The notes beneath the pieces were generated by a model, which was given only the letters and a program-made list of their open reading frames with translations, ran no database searches and was not told where the DNA came from. The position numbers were made by a program, and so were the translations under genes. From Sedimentisphaerales bacterium (GTDB lineage: Bacteria > Planctomycetota > Phycisphaerae > Sedimentisphaerales > SM23-30): 64,000 nucleotides of DNA. Within the stretch, counting starts at the first letter, position 1; each line of letters starts with the position of its first letter. The stretch lies in the NCBI GenBank assembly GCA_963666285.1, contig OY762711.1; one strand, written 5' to 3'. This document shows, one piece after another, positions 9,705 to 20,419 of the stretch.

Positions 9705-10781
9705 ATGACAAAAGATAAATATAATATTGACAGTCATAAGCTGATGTATCATCCCGATATACTGGGAAGGTGGTTGGCAGGAGAAAATATTTATCCTCTA
9801 TATATTGAGGTAAGCCCGGCCGGAGCATGTAATCACAGGTGCGTGTATTGTGCACTTGATTTCATGGGTTATCAGAATCGCAGGTTAGATACAACTAAAT
9901 TTAGGCAGCGTCTTGAGGAAATGGGCAATATGGGTGTAAAAAGCATAATGTATGCCGGGGAAGGTGAGCCGTTTTTGCATCCTGATATGGCTGAGATAAC
10001 AGAGGCGACCAAATCGGCGGGGATAGATGCGGCTTTTACGACAAATGCAGTATTATTCAAACCGGAGATTCACGATCGAGTCCTGGCTAATACAGAATGG
10101 CTAAAGGTAAGTATTAATGCCGGTACGGCGGAGACGTATGCCAGGATTCATCAGACAAAAGCGTCTGACTATGAGAAAGTGATGGCGAATCTGAGTAGTG
10201 CTAATGAACTACGTAAGTCCAAGGGGTATAGATGCATACTGGGTATGCAGATTCTGTTGTTGCCTGACAATGCCGGTGAAGTTGCGGGACTGGCAGAGCA
10301 GGCAAGATCGATTGGGATGGACTACCTGGTGGTAAAGCCGTATTCTCAGCATCCGCAGAGCGAAACCAAGATTTACGAAGATATCAAGTATAGTGATTTT
10401 ATGTACCTGGCAGATGAGCTGGAGCAGTATAATACAGACGAATTCAGCGTAATATTCCGGGCGAATGCCATGGAGAAATATGATGCAGCGGAAAAGGATT
10501 ATTGCCGATGTATGGCATTGCCATTCTGGAGTTATATAGATTCTGGTGGTAATGTCTGGGGTTGCAGTATGTATTTAGAACAGGACAGATTCAATCTGGG
10601 TAATATAAACGATACCAGTTTTGAAAATATCTGGACAGGTGAGAAAAGAAAAGATCTGATGCAATGGATTGCTCAAGGCGATTTTGATGTCAGCAGTTGC
10701 AGGTTGAACTGTCGAATGGATGAGGTTAACCGGTATCTATGGCAATTGAAAAATCCTCCCAGTCATGTGAATTTTATTTAG
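9705..10781 (+). CDS. Radical SAM protein with SPASM/twitch domain
   Basis: CNHRCVYC, GEGEP, C-terminal C...GC...CxxNC. Confidence 0.92.
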   Translation: MTKDKYNIDSHKLMYHPDILGRWLAGENIYPLYIEVSPAGACNHRCVYCALDFMGYQNRRLDTTKFRQRLEEMGNMGVKSIMYAGEGEPFLHPDMAEITEATKSAGIDAAFTTNAVLFKPEIHDRVLANTEWLKVSINAGTAETYARIHQTKASDYEKVMANLSSANELRKSKGYRCILGMQILLLPDNAGEVAGLAEQARSIGMDYLVVKPYSQHPQSETKIYEDIKYSDFMYLADELEQYNTDEFSVIFRANAMEKYDAAEKDYCRCMALPFWSYIDSGGNVWGCSMYLEQDRFNLGNINDTSFENIWTGEKRKDLMQWIAQGDFDVSSCRLNCRMDEVNRYLWQLKNPPSHVNFI

Positions 10782-10803
10782 TATTATTTCTATTATAATA
10801 AAA

Positions 10804-11607
10804 ATGGATTTGAAAAAAGAAATAGAAAAAAGAGCCTTGTCGATAAGGCGTAATATAATCGAGATTGCGGCGAAGAGTCGAACAGCTCATGTAGGATCAT
10901 CATTGTCCTGTACTGATATCCTGGCGACATGTTATTTTGGTTTGCTGGAGATAGAGAAAGACCAGTGGAAGAGCAGGGATATTTTTATATTAAGTAAAGG
11001 CCATGCCGCATTATGTCTGTATTGCAGTTTGTATGAGAAGGGGATGCTGAGCTATGAGAAGCTGGCAGGGTATATGCAGAATGATGGAACTTTGCCGGCT
11101 CACCTGGACAGGTTCAGTGCAGATGGAATAGAGGTTTCTGCAGGTTCACTGGGCCATGGATTCAATGTCGGCCTTGGAATGGCATATAATTACAAGCTTC
11201 AGGGTGACAGCCGCAAAGTAGTAGCAGTAATTGGCGACGGTGAAAGCCAGGAGGGCAGTATCTGGGAAGGTGCTATGTTTTCGTCGAGCTACGGGATAGA
11301 TAATTTTACGGTATTCATAGATCATAATAATTTGCAGGGCTATGGCAGGCCGCTGGAGATCTGCGGATATGAGCCGATTGTTGAAAAGTGGCAGAGCTTT
11401 GGTTGGGATACTGTTGCGGTGAACGGTCATGATGTTGGTGAGATGCTGGAAGCGTTTAACCGCAGGCGTGAAGGTCGACCGAGAGCTATAGTCTGTAATA
11501 CGGTAAAAGGCAAAGGAGTGTCATTTATGGAGGATGAGTTGAAATGGCATTATTATATCGTAACCGATGAGTTAAAGGAGCAGGCATTACAGGAGTTGTC
11601 TCTGTAA
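10804..11607 (+). CDS. Transketolase-like protein, N-terminal ThDP-binding subunit
   Basis: HVGSSLS, SKGHA, GSLGHG, GDGESQEG..WE ThDP motif. Confidence 0.93.
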   Translation: MDLKKEIEKRALSIRRNIIEIAAKSRTAHVGSSLSCTDILATCYFGLLEIEKDQWKSRDIFILSKGHAALCLYCSLYEKGMLSYEKLAGYMQNDGTLPAHLDRFSADGIEVSAGSLGHGFNVGLGMAYNYKLQGDSRKVVAVIGDGESQEGSIWEGAMFSSSYGIDNFTVFIDHNNLQGYGRPLEICGYEPIVEKWQSFGWDTVAVNGHDVGEMLEAFNRRREGRPRAIVCNTVKGKGVSFMEDELKWHYYIVTDELKEQALQELSL

Positions 11608-11628
11608 GAGATAAGCAGAAAACGTACT

Positions 11629-12528
11629 ATGAGAAACAGCACGATAAACCATTTAACAGAATATGCAGCGGCAGATGATAATATCTTTGTAATTGCCGGC
11701 GATGGAGGCTATGGTGTATTAGATAAATATCAGCAGGAGATGCCAAAGCAGTATTTGAATATGGGAGTCGCAGAGCAGAATGCGATAGGTTTTGCTGCCG
11801 GGCTTGCAATGACAGGTCGTAAGGTATTTGTCTATAATATAACCCCGTTTGTTTTGTATAGATGTTACGAGCAGGTTCGCAACGATATCTGCTATCAGAA
11901 GGTGCCGGTTGTACTGATAGGTATTGGCAGCGGACTGGCGTATGCGCCGGGCGGAATGACGCATTATTCGGTAGAAGATATAGCGTTGGCGAGGACTATG
12001 CCGGGTTTGGAGATAATATCACCGGCAGACCCGGTTGAGGCATGTGCGTCGGTAGATTATGTTATGCGAAGTGATAAGCCGGCATTTATACGGATAGCGC
12101 GTGGTGGTGAGCCTAAAATTCATAATGAAAGAATAGAAGATATAAGTAAGCCGATTCTGATGAATAAAGGTTCGCGGACTGCGGTATTGTTTCATGGCGC
12201 TGTGTCGGTTGAGGTGATGGAAATGTTGAAAATGGCCGTGGAGAAGCCGACAGTGATATCAATTCCAATGGTTTCGCCGCTGGATTTTGACTGCCTGGAA
12301 GATATGCTCGAAGGTGTAGATCGGATAGTGACTGTTGAAGAACATTATGTAGTAGGCGGTTTGGGGTCTATAGTTGGTGAGTGGATTCTGGATAATGATA
12401 AGCCGTATAAGCTAAAAAAACTTGGCGTGGATTATGAGTTTATCCATCAGGTAAAGAATAATAAAGGGATGCGTGAGTTGTTTGGTATAAGTAGTGATAA
12501 GATATTGAAGAGTATATATGGCAAATAA
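11629..12528 (+). CDS. Transketolase-like protein, C-terminal subunit
   Basis: NMGVAEQN, RCYEQVRNDI, GMTHYS.EDIA, TVEEH...GGLGS. Confidence 0.93.
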   Translation: MRNSTINHLTEYAAADDNIFVIAGDGGYGVLDKYQQEMPKQYLNMGVAEQNAIGFAAGLAMTGRKVFVYNITPFVLYRCYEQVRNDICYQKVPVVLIGIGSGLAYAPGGMTHYSVEDIALARTMPGLEIISPADPVEACASVDYVMRSDKPAFIRIARGGEPKIHNERIEDISKPILMNKGSRTAVLFHGAVSVEVMEMLKMAVEKPTVISIPMVSPLDFDCLEDMLEGVDRIVTVEEHYVVGGLGSIVGEWILDNDKPYKLKKLGVDYEFIHQVKNNKGMRELFGISSDKILKSIYGK

Positions 12529-13546
12529 GACAGTTGACAACAGGACATGGCTTGAACGTGATGAGCGTTTGCTGAGAAAGGGTCTGGCAGGAGAGGCAGG
12601 CCCTGTGTCAGTAGAGGTGGGCCCGGTTAACGGGTGTAATCATGAATGCCTGCATTGCGGCTATACGCAGCTGTTTGATGAAAGTCGTGCGAATCAGATT
12701 ATACCTCGTACAGAAGTTTTTTACCGGTTTCTGGATGATTTTAAGCAGCTGGGTGGAAAGGAAGTTTTTTTTGCCGGAAGCGGAGAGCCGACTTTGCATC
12801 CTGATTTGTTTGACTGGTCAGATTACGGTCATAAGCTCGGGTTGCTGATGCAGCTGAGTACAAATGGTATCGCGTTTACGGATAAGAAAAAAGAAATTGC
12901 CGTAAAAAGCATGCAGTGGATACGTTTTTCGGTTAATGGCGGTGATGCTGATACCTATGCCAGGGTTCATGTGACAGATATAAAAGATTTCGACCGGCTG
13001 AAGTCAAATCTGAAGGATATGGTTTCGATTCGAAACAGTACAGGTGCAGAGTGCAGGCTGATAATGCAGATAGCGTTGTTTGAAGCAAATTATAAATCTT
13101 TTGATGCACTGGTAGATTTATTTAATGAGAGCGGGGCCGACCAACTGGTAGTAAGAAGGGCCAGGTTCCAGGATAATGCTGATGAATGGATTCCGGATAG
13201 TAAGTTTGCGAGAAAATTGCGAGAATATGATACAGTTGAAAATATCCAGGTTCGCTGGGACTGTTTTAGCGAGAACGAGAGTATCAAGAAATGGGAAAGA
13301 TGCCTGGCGCCGAACTTTAAGACGCATATGGACTACAATGGGAAATTGATGGCCTGTGTCAACCCGGATTCATATAGCTATATCTACGGTAATATTTGTG
13401 AAGATCGTTTTAAGGATATCTGGTTTTCAGAGAGGAAGAAGGAGATATTTAAGGCAGTTGAAAGCCTGGGCGCAAAGTTAAATTGTTATAATCTTTGCGG
13501 AATAGCGAGGGATAACAGGTATATTAATAACACAATAAGCATGTGA
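12518..13546 (+). CDS. Radical SAM/SPASM-type protein
   Basis: CNHECLHC, GSGEPTLHP, C-terminal Cys cluster; paralogous to 9705 and 16119. Confidence 0.9.
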   Translation: MANKTVDNRTWLERDERLLRKGLAGEAGPVSVEVGPVNGCNHECLHCGYTQLFDESRANQIIPRTEVFYRFLDDFKQLGGKEVFFAGSGEPTLHPDLFDWSDYGHKLGLLMQLSTNGIAFTDKKKEIAVKSMQWIRFSVNGGDADTYARVHVTDIKDFDRLKSNLKDMVSIRNSTGAECRLIMQIALFEANYKSFDALVDLFNESGADQLVVRRARFQDNADEWIPDSKFARKLREYDTVENIQVRWDCFSENESIKKWERCLAPNFKTHMDYNGKLMACVNPDSYSYIYGNICEDRFKDIWFSERKKEIFKAVESLGAKLNCYNLCGIARDNRYINNTISM

Positions 13547-13598
13547 TTTATGCTTCGCATTATATGCCAAGTATAACACTTAAAAAAACAAGAAGTTA

Positions 13599-14711
13599 AT
13601 GGATAAAAGTATGGAAGATAAAATACACTGGTGGAACATCAATCTTTCAATTGAAGAGGTTGGTTCGGTTACATCGGCCATTAATGACCGGTGTGTCAGT
13701 ATGGGGCGGTTGACAAAGGAGTTTGAATCGCGGCTGGCTGACAGGCTTGGAGTGCAATATGCCGTATGTGTTCCAAATGGTACTATGGCGCTTATGGTGG
13801 CGTACCTGGCATGTGGTGTAGGACCTGGCACAGAGGTTATTGTGCCGGACAGGACGGCAATAGCAACAGCGCATGCGGCGATGCTGTTAGGTGCGGAAGT
13901 TGTATTTGTGGATGTGCAGAAAGATTTGCCGGTAGTAGACTGCGGTCAGATAGCAGAGAAGATATCAGATAGAACAAGGGTGATCGCCCCGGTTCATTTG
14001 AGCGGATTTCCGTGCGATATTTCGAGAATCCTTGATATTGGAAAGCAAAATAATATTGATATCGTAGAAGATACCTGCCAGGCGGTGTTTTCATCGGTAG
14101 ACGGCAAGAGCCTTGGCAGCTTTGGCCGGTTTGGCTGTTTTTCGCTGGGTATGGTGAAAATGATGACCACCGGTCAGGGAGGATTTTTGTGCTGTAACAG
14201 TACATCGGATTATGAACTGCTAGTGAGTATAAGAGATCAGTATATGATAGCGGATTATCCGGCAAGTTATGCGAGGCAGGTTTCGGGTAATTTTAAGTTT
14301 AATGATATCCTGGCGTCAATCGGTCTGGCCCAGTTTGACAAGGTAGATAGAAAGATAGAGTCTCAAAAGGCAATCCATAAGGCGTATAGTGAAGGTTTGT
14401 CAGAAGCAGGCTCAGTGAGGTTTCTGGAGGGAGATTTAGATAGCGGTATGCTGCCTTTGAATGCCCTGGCTGTAGTGACAGAGCGTGAGAAGTTTGTCAG
14501 GATGCTGGAAGCAGACGGAATCGGCTGTAAGCCGCATGTACGCAGCATGAGTGAGATTGCTCACCTTAAGGCATGTGGAGCGTTTCCCAATTCTATGTTT
14601 TTCAGCGAGCATGAGGTGTGCCTGCCTTGCGGGCCGGATCAGCCAATAGAGAATATAGCTAAAACAATAGAAGTAATAAAGAAAATAGATGTTGAACTTA
14701 GACCCTGGTAA
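13599..14711 (+). CDS. DegT/DnrJ/EryC1/StrS PLP-dependent sugar aminotransferase
   Basis: NGTMAL, EDTCQA, FSLGMVKMMTTGQGG (PLP lysine), GNFK. Confidence 0.92.
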   Translation: MDKSMEDKIHWWNINLSIEEVGSVTSAINDRCVSMGRLTKEFESRLADRLGVQYAVCVPNGTMALMVAYLACGVGPGTEVIVPDRTAIATAHAAMLLGAEVVFVDVQKDLPVVDCGQIAEKISDRTRVIAPVHLSGFPCDISRILDIGKQNNIDIVEDTCQAVFSSVDGKSLGSFGRFGCFSLGMVKMMTTGQGGFLCCNSTSDYELLVSIRDQYMIADYPASYARQVSGNFKFNDILASIGLAQFDKVDRKIESQKAIHKAYSEGLSEAGSVRFLEGDLDSGMLPLNALAVVTEREKFVRMLEADGIGCKPHVRSMSEIAHLKACGAFPNSMFFSEHEVCLPCGPDQPIENIAKTIEVIKKIDVELRPW

Positions 14712-14714
14712 GCA

Positions 14715-15443
14715 ATGGAACTGATACCTGACAATATAGAAGTCAAGCCAAACTCTGTGGCAATAGTCGGCTGGGAAGAGGGCGGTGCCGGTCAGATACA
14801 TGAATGGCTGCATAAGACAGGTGATTATGAAGTATGCTGTTTTGTGAATCCGTCTGATGATGTGCCGGATATTGATATAGCCTATGAGCGAAGCAGACGA
14901 GATTGTCAGTTGTTTTCATATCCAGAGAAGAACAAGTTTAAGGGGCTGCCGCTGATAACATCGTTAAGGTGGGATAATATCTTGTCAGAACTTGGGATAT
15001 CGATGGTAATAATAACCACCAGCGACAATCGGGTGAAGCTGGGGCATATTGAGCAGGCCCGTAAAGCTGGTTTTGAATTGATTAATGCGATACATCCAAC
15101 AGCGAATCTGCTGGAGAAGTCGGTTTTGGGCAAAAATGTAATAGTATTTGCCAGGGCGATAATCGGGTATAAAGCAGAACTTTGTGATGGAGTGCAGGTT
15201 GGTATTAATGCCCAGCTGGACCATCATTGTATTGCCCGGGAATGTTCAGTAATCGGTCCGGGGGTAGTTGCCGCCGGTAATGTGACAATAGGAAAATGTG
15301 CGACAGTATGGACCAATGCTACAATAATCAACCGTATACGTATAGGTGATGATGCGGTTGTCGGTGCTGGTTCGGTGGTACTAAAAGATATTGATGCCGG
15401 TGATGTAGCAGCAGGAGTTCCGGCACGAAGTATAAGGAAATAA
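14715..15443 (+). CDS. Hexapeptide-repeat sugar acetyltransferase (NeuD/PglD-like)
   Basis: NAIHPTA, left-handed beta-helix repeats, VVGAGSVV..D......GVPAR. Confidence 0.9.
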   Translation: MELIPDNIEVKPNSVAIVGWEEGGAGQIHEWLHKTGDYEVCCFVNPSDDVPDIDIAYERSRRDCQLFSYPEKNKFKGLPLITSLRWDNILSELGISMVIITTSDNRVKLGHIEQARKAGFELINAIHPTANLLEKSVLGKNVIVFARAIIGYKAELCDGVQVGINAQLDHHCIARECSVIGPGVVAAGNVTIGKCATVWTNATIINRIRIGDDAVVGAGSVVLKDIDAGDVAAGVPARSIRK

Positions 15444-15444
15444 A

Positions 15445-16107
15445 ATGGGCGAGTTATTAAATATAGTTAATCCCTTACATAAAAGAACCAAGCGTGATTA
15501 CGTGGCACGCATGGTGGATGAGAAGGTTCATTGTATGGGGGTTGCGAAGCAGTATGAAATGGACTATTGGGATGGCGACCGTCGATTTGGCTATGGCGGG
15601 TATAGTTATGATGGCAGATGGTCGGTCGTGGCAGAAGCGTTGATTGAGAGATACGGGCTGCAGGATGGATGCAGGATACTGGACTTTGGCTGTGGTAAAG
15701 GATTTTTGCTGTATGAGTTTGCCAGGCTGCTGCCGGACGCCGAGATTACCGGTTTTGATATTTCCCGTCATGCTATTGAGAATGCCAAGCCTGAGATCAA
15801 AGATAAGTTATATCTTGCAGATGGCCGGGAGAAGCTGAGCTTTGATGATGACAGTTTTGATCTTGTTGTTTCGCTGGGAGTCCTGCATAATTTTAAGAAT
15901 TACGAGCTGGCATCGGCTTTGAAGGAAATCGAGCGAGTCGGCAGGAACAAATATATGATGACCGAAAGCTTTCGCAGTGATCAGGAACTGTTTAATCTGC
16001 AGTGCTGGGCTTTGACCTGTGCGGCATTTATGATGCCAGAAGAATGGGAATGGTTTTTTCAGCAGTGCGGATATACCGGAGATTATGAGTTTATTTATTT
16101 TGAATAG
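15445..16107 (+). CDS. Class I SAM-dependent methyltransferase
   Basis: ILDFGCGKGFL motif I; YWDGDRRFGYGGY N-terminal block. Confidence 0.9.
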   Translation: MGELLNIVNPLHKRTKRDYVARMVDEKVHCMGVAKQYEMDYWDGDRRFGYGGYSYDGRWSVVAEALIERYGLQDGCRILDFGCGKGFLLYEFARLLPDAEITGFDISRHAIENAKPEIKDKLYLADGREKLSFDDDSFDLVVSLGVLHNFKNYELASALKEIERVGRNKYMMTESFRSDQELFNLQCWALTCAAFMMPEEWEWFFQQCGYTGDYEFIYFE

Positions 16108-16118
16108 CGAGCAATATT

Positions 16119-17192
16119 TTGAGCCAGAAATTATATACCAGGTATAAGATTTTTCATTATAAGGACAAGCTTGATTCGCTTCCAAGAGAAGCTGAAAATA
16201 TCAAGCCGCCGCTGCATATACGGATAAAACCTACTAATGTTTGTAATCATAGCTGCAGCTATTGTGCGTATCGGGTAGATCAGCTGCAGCTGGGATGTGA
16301 TATGGATGTTCGAGACAGTATCCCGCGTGAGAAGATGTCTGAGATAATCGATGATATAATTGATATGGGCGTAAAAGCGGTGACATTCAGCGGCGGGGGC
16401 GAGCCTTTTTGCTATCCGTATTTACTGGAGACTGTGAAGAAACTGGCAGACAGCCCGGTTAAATTTGCGTCCCTGACAAATGGGGGGCTGCTGAAGGGAG
16501 AGGCAGCGGAGGTATTTGCCCATAAAGGCACCTGGCTGAGGATCTCTATTGACGGTTATGACGGTCCGAGTTATGCCAGGTATCGCGGGGTTTCCGAAGA
16601 TGAATTTGCGAAAGTAATCACAAATCTGCGGAATTTCAGGGCTTTGGGTGGAAGCTGTTATACGGGTGCAAGTGTTATAATTGATGAGAATAATGCCGAG
16701 CATTTGTATAATCTCGTCAGCTTATTGAAGGATACCGGAATTAACAGTGTGAAGTTGTCTGGGTGTGTGATAGATAATGATGGAGCGAAGAATAATCAAT
16801 ATCATCAGAAGTTCTGGAATGTTGCTCGTAGCCAGATAGATATGATAATGAATATGCTGCCGGAAGAAGGGTTCGAGATATATGATACGTATCATCTGCT
16901 GTCTGATAAGTTTGTCAAGACATACAGATGGTGCCCTTATTTGCAGATATTGACGGTGATCGGGGCGGATCTAAATGTATACACATGTCAGGATAAGGCA
17001 TATAACCTGACTGACGGAGTTGTCGGCAGTATCAAAGATAAGAGATTCAGAGATTTCTGGATGGATGGTAAGGATAAGTTTTTCAGGGTTAATCCGCTGG
17101 TTAACTGTAATCATCATTGTGTCTCGAATGACAAAAACAGGATGGTTCTGGACTATCTTGAGGCAGATAAAGAGCATTTGGCGTTTGTGTAA
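16119..17192 (+). CDS. Radical SAM/SPASM-type protein
   Basis: CNHSCSYC, SGGGEP, CPY...YTC...CNHHC; TTG start. Confidence 0.9.
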   Translation: MSQKLYTRYKIFHYKDKLDSLPREAENIKPPLHIRIKPTNVCNHSCSYCAYRVDQLQLGCDMDVRDSIPREKMSEIIDDIIDMGVKAVTFSGGGEPFCYPYLLETVKKLADSPVKFASLTNGGLLKGEAAEVFAHKGTWLRISIDGYDGPSYARYRGVSEDEFAKVITNLRNFRALGGSCYTGASVIIDENNAEHLYNLVSLLKDTGINSVKLSGCVIDNDGAKNNQYHQKFWNVARSQIDMIMNMLPEEGFEIYDTYHLLSDKFVKTYRWCPYLQILTVIGADLNVYTCQDKAYNLTDGVVGSIKDKRFRDFWMDGKDKFFRVNPLVNCNHHCVSNDKNRMVLDYLEADKEHLAFV

Positions 17193-17212
17193 TTTGACGC
17201 TGACACAAAAAC

Positions 17213-19402
17213 ATGAAAAAAAGAAAAAGGATTTATGTTTTGAGTTCTGAATTATTAGAAGAGCAAAATTTGAAAATAATGCTGGCTCTGCTTTGCGAAG
17301 ATAAATATGATATGCTGGCAGAAGCAGCTGAGTTAATGGCAGCAAAGGCTGTGACGGATTTAGAGAACCGGCTGGCAGAGATATTTTCTGCATGGTCTGT
17401 CAAAGATAATTTGAAGGCTGTAGAACTGTTCTATTTACTAAGCCAGAATCAGTATTTATTTGAAGATAATGATTGCCGAAATTTACTTTTGCCGTTTTGG
17501 ATCAGGTCTCAGCTATTGATACCGCACCGTTCAAATCCGTCATATAAGCAGATATTTAAAAATTACAGGGCGAATCTTCGAGTTTTGAAGAAAATCGATC
17601 CGGACCTGACAAAAGAAATCGAAAGTTCAAAGATGCCGGAGAACCTGGTAATTATTTATACCTGGAATGGCCTGACCGCTTATGATTACAGAAAGAATGC
17701 CTTACTTGATTGTTCGGAAGCAGAGTTTTCGCAATTAGATGTGGTCTGCAACCAGATACAGAATATTGGTTTTGCCGGGGTTCAGAAGTGCAAGCATATA
17801 GCATATTGTCTGTCAAAACAATATAAAGGATTGTATGGCATGACCAGGCTCCATTATGTTTTTGAAGAGGATATTTCCCAGTTGAGGCTGTTTTTAAGTC
17901 TATATGATTTTTCTAGTTATTTGACAACGAATGAATTAAAAATATTTGGGGGCGCAGAATGGTATAACCATTTATATGAATTTGTGCGGGATGGATATTA
18001 TTTACTGCCCAATTCATTGGTGGCCGATGTAGACGGTAAATACGATTCGAAGGTAGGAGATATTCACGATAAGATATTTAATGAGTGTGAGTCAGTAAAA
18101 GAAGAGGTTTACTCGTATTATAAGTCAGAGGAATTTAAGTCTCGTCAGCAAAAAATAGCAAAAGGTGAGCTAATGCCGAGAATTCTGGTTATCACCTGCC
18201 GCTGGACAACATTTCTTAAATATGCGGCCAAAGATTTTCAGCTAGCGTTTGAAGATGTCGGCTGTGAGACAAAGTATCTGATAGAAAAAGATGATGTTCA
18301 GTCATTGTCCTTAATGGCTAATTTTAATGAGATATCCGGTTTTAAGCCTGATGTTTGTTTTTCAGTCAGCCATGCCAGGCCGTCATATTCATTTTTTCCG
18401 AAAGAGTTGCCGATAATTTCCAATATACAGGATAAATGCGGTAAGTTAAGTGAGATTATGGATATCTCAGAATATTACAGCGAGAAAGATCTTTATGTCT
18501 GTATTTCACCGGCCCATTCAGAATATGTTGCCCAGAAAAATGTGCCGTCCGCCCAGATCATAATCTGGCCTATGCCGGCAAATGAGAGGTTATTCTTTCC
18601 GTTAGGTGAAGAAGTCTCGGTTCCAGCCAGATATATTTCAGATATAAGTTTCGTTAAGCATTGTAACGGCTGGCATGAAGATGTAATGTCAGAATTTATC
18701 CAGAGTATCCAGAATGACATAAAAATTTCAGAAGATGGCCGCAATTATCTGAGCCGTTTTTTTAATGATGTTCATGAGATAGGTAAAAAGAACGGGACCA
18801 AACGGATATACGAAGATGAGATAATTAGACAGGCATGTCATGTTTTTGATGTAAATGTTGAAAAAGATAAAGAGAAACTTCACATTATCAACCAGTTTTG
18901 TCATCATTATTACGTTGGTCCATTTTCTGATTTATGGCGAGGATTATTTATCGAGGCTCTGGCAGAAAATGACTTTGACCTGGCTTTATATGGTAACGGC
19001 TGGGATAAATATCCAGCTGTAGCAAAGTATGCAAGGGGTGGTGCGAATAGAGATACAGAGCTGAATTATGTTTATAACAATACAAAGGTTAATCTGCTTA
19101 TCAGCCAGGCGGGGACGCTGCATGTAAGAATTGCCGAGTGTGGTATGGCTAATGCTTTTATTATGATAAGTGACCATGACCAGTCAAAAGACTGGGGCCC
19201 GGCGAGAGAATATTACGAAGAGGGCAAAGAAGTAGTCTTTTTTGATGATAGAAAAGATCTGATAGAAAAGACTAGATACTACCTGGAGCACGAAAACGAA
19301 CGAATCGAGATAGCGACAAACCTTCATAAAAAAGTAATGGCGACAATGTCATGCAAGTCGGTTGCAAAAATGATACTGGAAAAATGGCGGACGCTGTTAT
19401 AA
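17213..19402 (+). CDS. Glycosyltransferase with CgeB/YkvP-like C-terminal domain
   Basis: LYGNGW, VYNNTKVNL, HVRIAEC, YYEEGKEVVFF...DLIEKTRYYLEHENERIEIA. Confidence 0.75.
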   Translation: MKKRKRIYVLSSELLEEQNLKIMLALLCEDKYDMLAEAAELMAAKAVTDLENRLAEIFSAWSVKDNLKAVELFYLLSQNQYLFEDNDCRNLLLPFWIRSQLLIPHRSNPSYKQIFKNYRANLRVLKKIDPDLTKEIESSKMPENLVIIYTWNGLTAYDYRKNALLDCSEAEFSQLDVVCNQIQNIGFAGVQKCKHIAYCLSKQYKGLYGMTRLHYVFEEDISQLRLFLSLYDFSSYLTTNELKIFGGAEWYNHLYEFVRDGYYLLPNSLVADVDGKYDSKVGDIHDKIFNECESVKEEVYSYYKSEEFKSRQQKIAKGELMPRILVITCRWTTFLKYAAKDFQLAFEDVGCETKYLIEKDDVQSLSLMANFNEISGFKPDVCFSVSHARPSYSFFPKELPIISNIQDKCGKLSEIMDISEYYSEKDLYVCISPAHSEYVAQKNVPSAQIIIWPMPANERLFFPLGEEVSVPARYISDISFVKHCNGWHEDVMSEFIQSIQNDIKISEDGRNYLSRFFNDVHEIGKKNGTKRIYEDEIIRQACHVFDVNVEKDKEKLHIINQFCHHYYVGPFSDLWRGLFIEALAENDFDLALYGNGWDKYPAVAKYARGGANRDTELNYVYNNTKVNLLISQAGTLHVRIAECGMANAFIMISDHDQSKDWGPAREYYEEGKEVVFFDDRKDLIEKTRYYLEHENERIEIATNLHKKVMATMSCKSVAKMILEKWRTLL

Positions 19403-19414
19403 GGAGAATAGTGT

Positions 19415-20305
19415 ATGAATCAGGCAGAATTTCCGCCTTATATACAAATAGAAACATCATTTGCATGCAATGCCCGCTGTAATATGTGTGTTGTACACAA
19501 AGCAGAGAGGGCTGCATTTATGTCGGATGAGCTATACGATAAGATATTGGCTGAGCTGTCCGGTAAAGCTGCCGAGATCAGGAGAGTGACGATACAGTTT
19601 TGTGGAGAGCCTTTGTTGGATAAGAAGCTCGCGTATCGGATAAGAAGTCTTAAGGAGGCAGGTATACCAGCTGTATATTTCGGTACAAACGGTTCTTTAC
19701 TGGCACCAGAGAGGTGTGGAGCGATTTTAGAGTCCGGTGTTGACCAGATAGATATTTCAGTTGACGGAGCGACCGCCGAAGTATTTGAAAAGATCAGACT
19801 GGGCTTGAACTACGGTGAGGTTAGCGAGAATATAAAGACATTGATAAAAATGCGAGATGAAGGTCAATATCGAACAGCTATCAGGTTGAGGTATACAATT
19901 CAGAAGGAGAATGTACACGAGGTCGATGATTTTCTGGGTTACTGGGAGCCGTTACTGAAATCTGGAGACCGGGCGTATGCGAAATATATCCATACTTTTG
20001 GAGGAGATAAACAGCTGGAAGAACTTTTTCCGGATAAAAGGCCATCGGATGTTAATCTGGATGACAGACCATGCATTTCTCCCTGGCAATCTTTTGTAAT
20101 TTTAACTGACGGCAGAGTAGTACTTTGCTGCAATGACTATTCCGGTCAATATATAATGGGTGATTTGAATAGGGAAAGTATTGCGCAGGTCTGGAATGGC
20201 GAAGAGTTTAATAATATTCGCAGTAAGCATGCAGAGTCAGGTAGGAAGAGTATTGCTATATGTCGGGGATGTACAGTTTGGGACGATGTCTCGCAACTGC
20301 AGTAA
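19415..20305 (+). CDS. Radical SAM/SPASM domain protein
   Basis: CNARCNMC, GEPLLD, PCISPW...DGRVVLCC.D...CRGC. Confidence 0.92.
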   Translation: MNQAEFPPYIQIETSFACNARCNMCVVHKAERAAFMSDELYDKILAELSGKAAEIRRVTIQFCGEPLLDKKLAYRIRSLKEAGIPAVYFGTNGSLLAPERCGAILESGVDQIDISVDGATAEVFEKIRLGLNYGEVSENIKTLIKMRDEGQYRTAIRLRYTIQKENVHEVDDFLGYWEPLLKSGDRAYAKYIHTFGGDKQLEELFPDKRPSDVNLDDRPCISPWQSFVILTDGRVVLCCNDYSGQYIMGDLNRESIAQVWNGEEFNNIRSKHAESGRKSIAICRGCTVWDDVSQLQ

Positions 20306-20419
20306 GTTTCGGCAGGCAAGATCAAATATGAAATGACGTTGATTTTTGCTTTATAAAAGGATAATATGCTGTAGTTGAAGGCGTTAGTAGATGAAAGTTT
20401 ACGTTACGAAAGGTAATAT

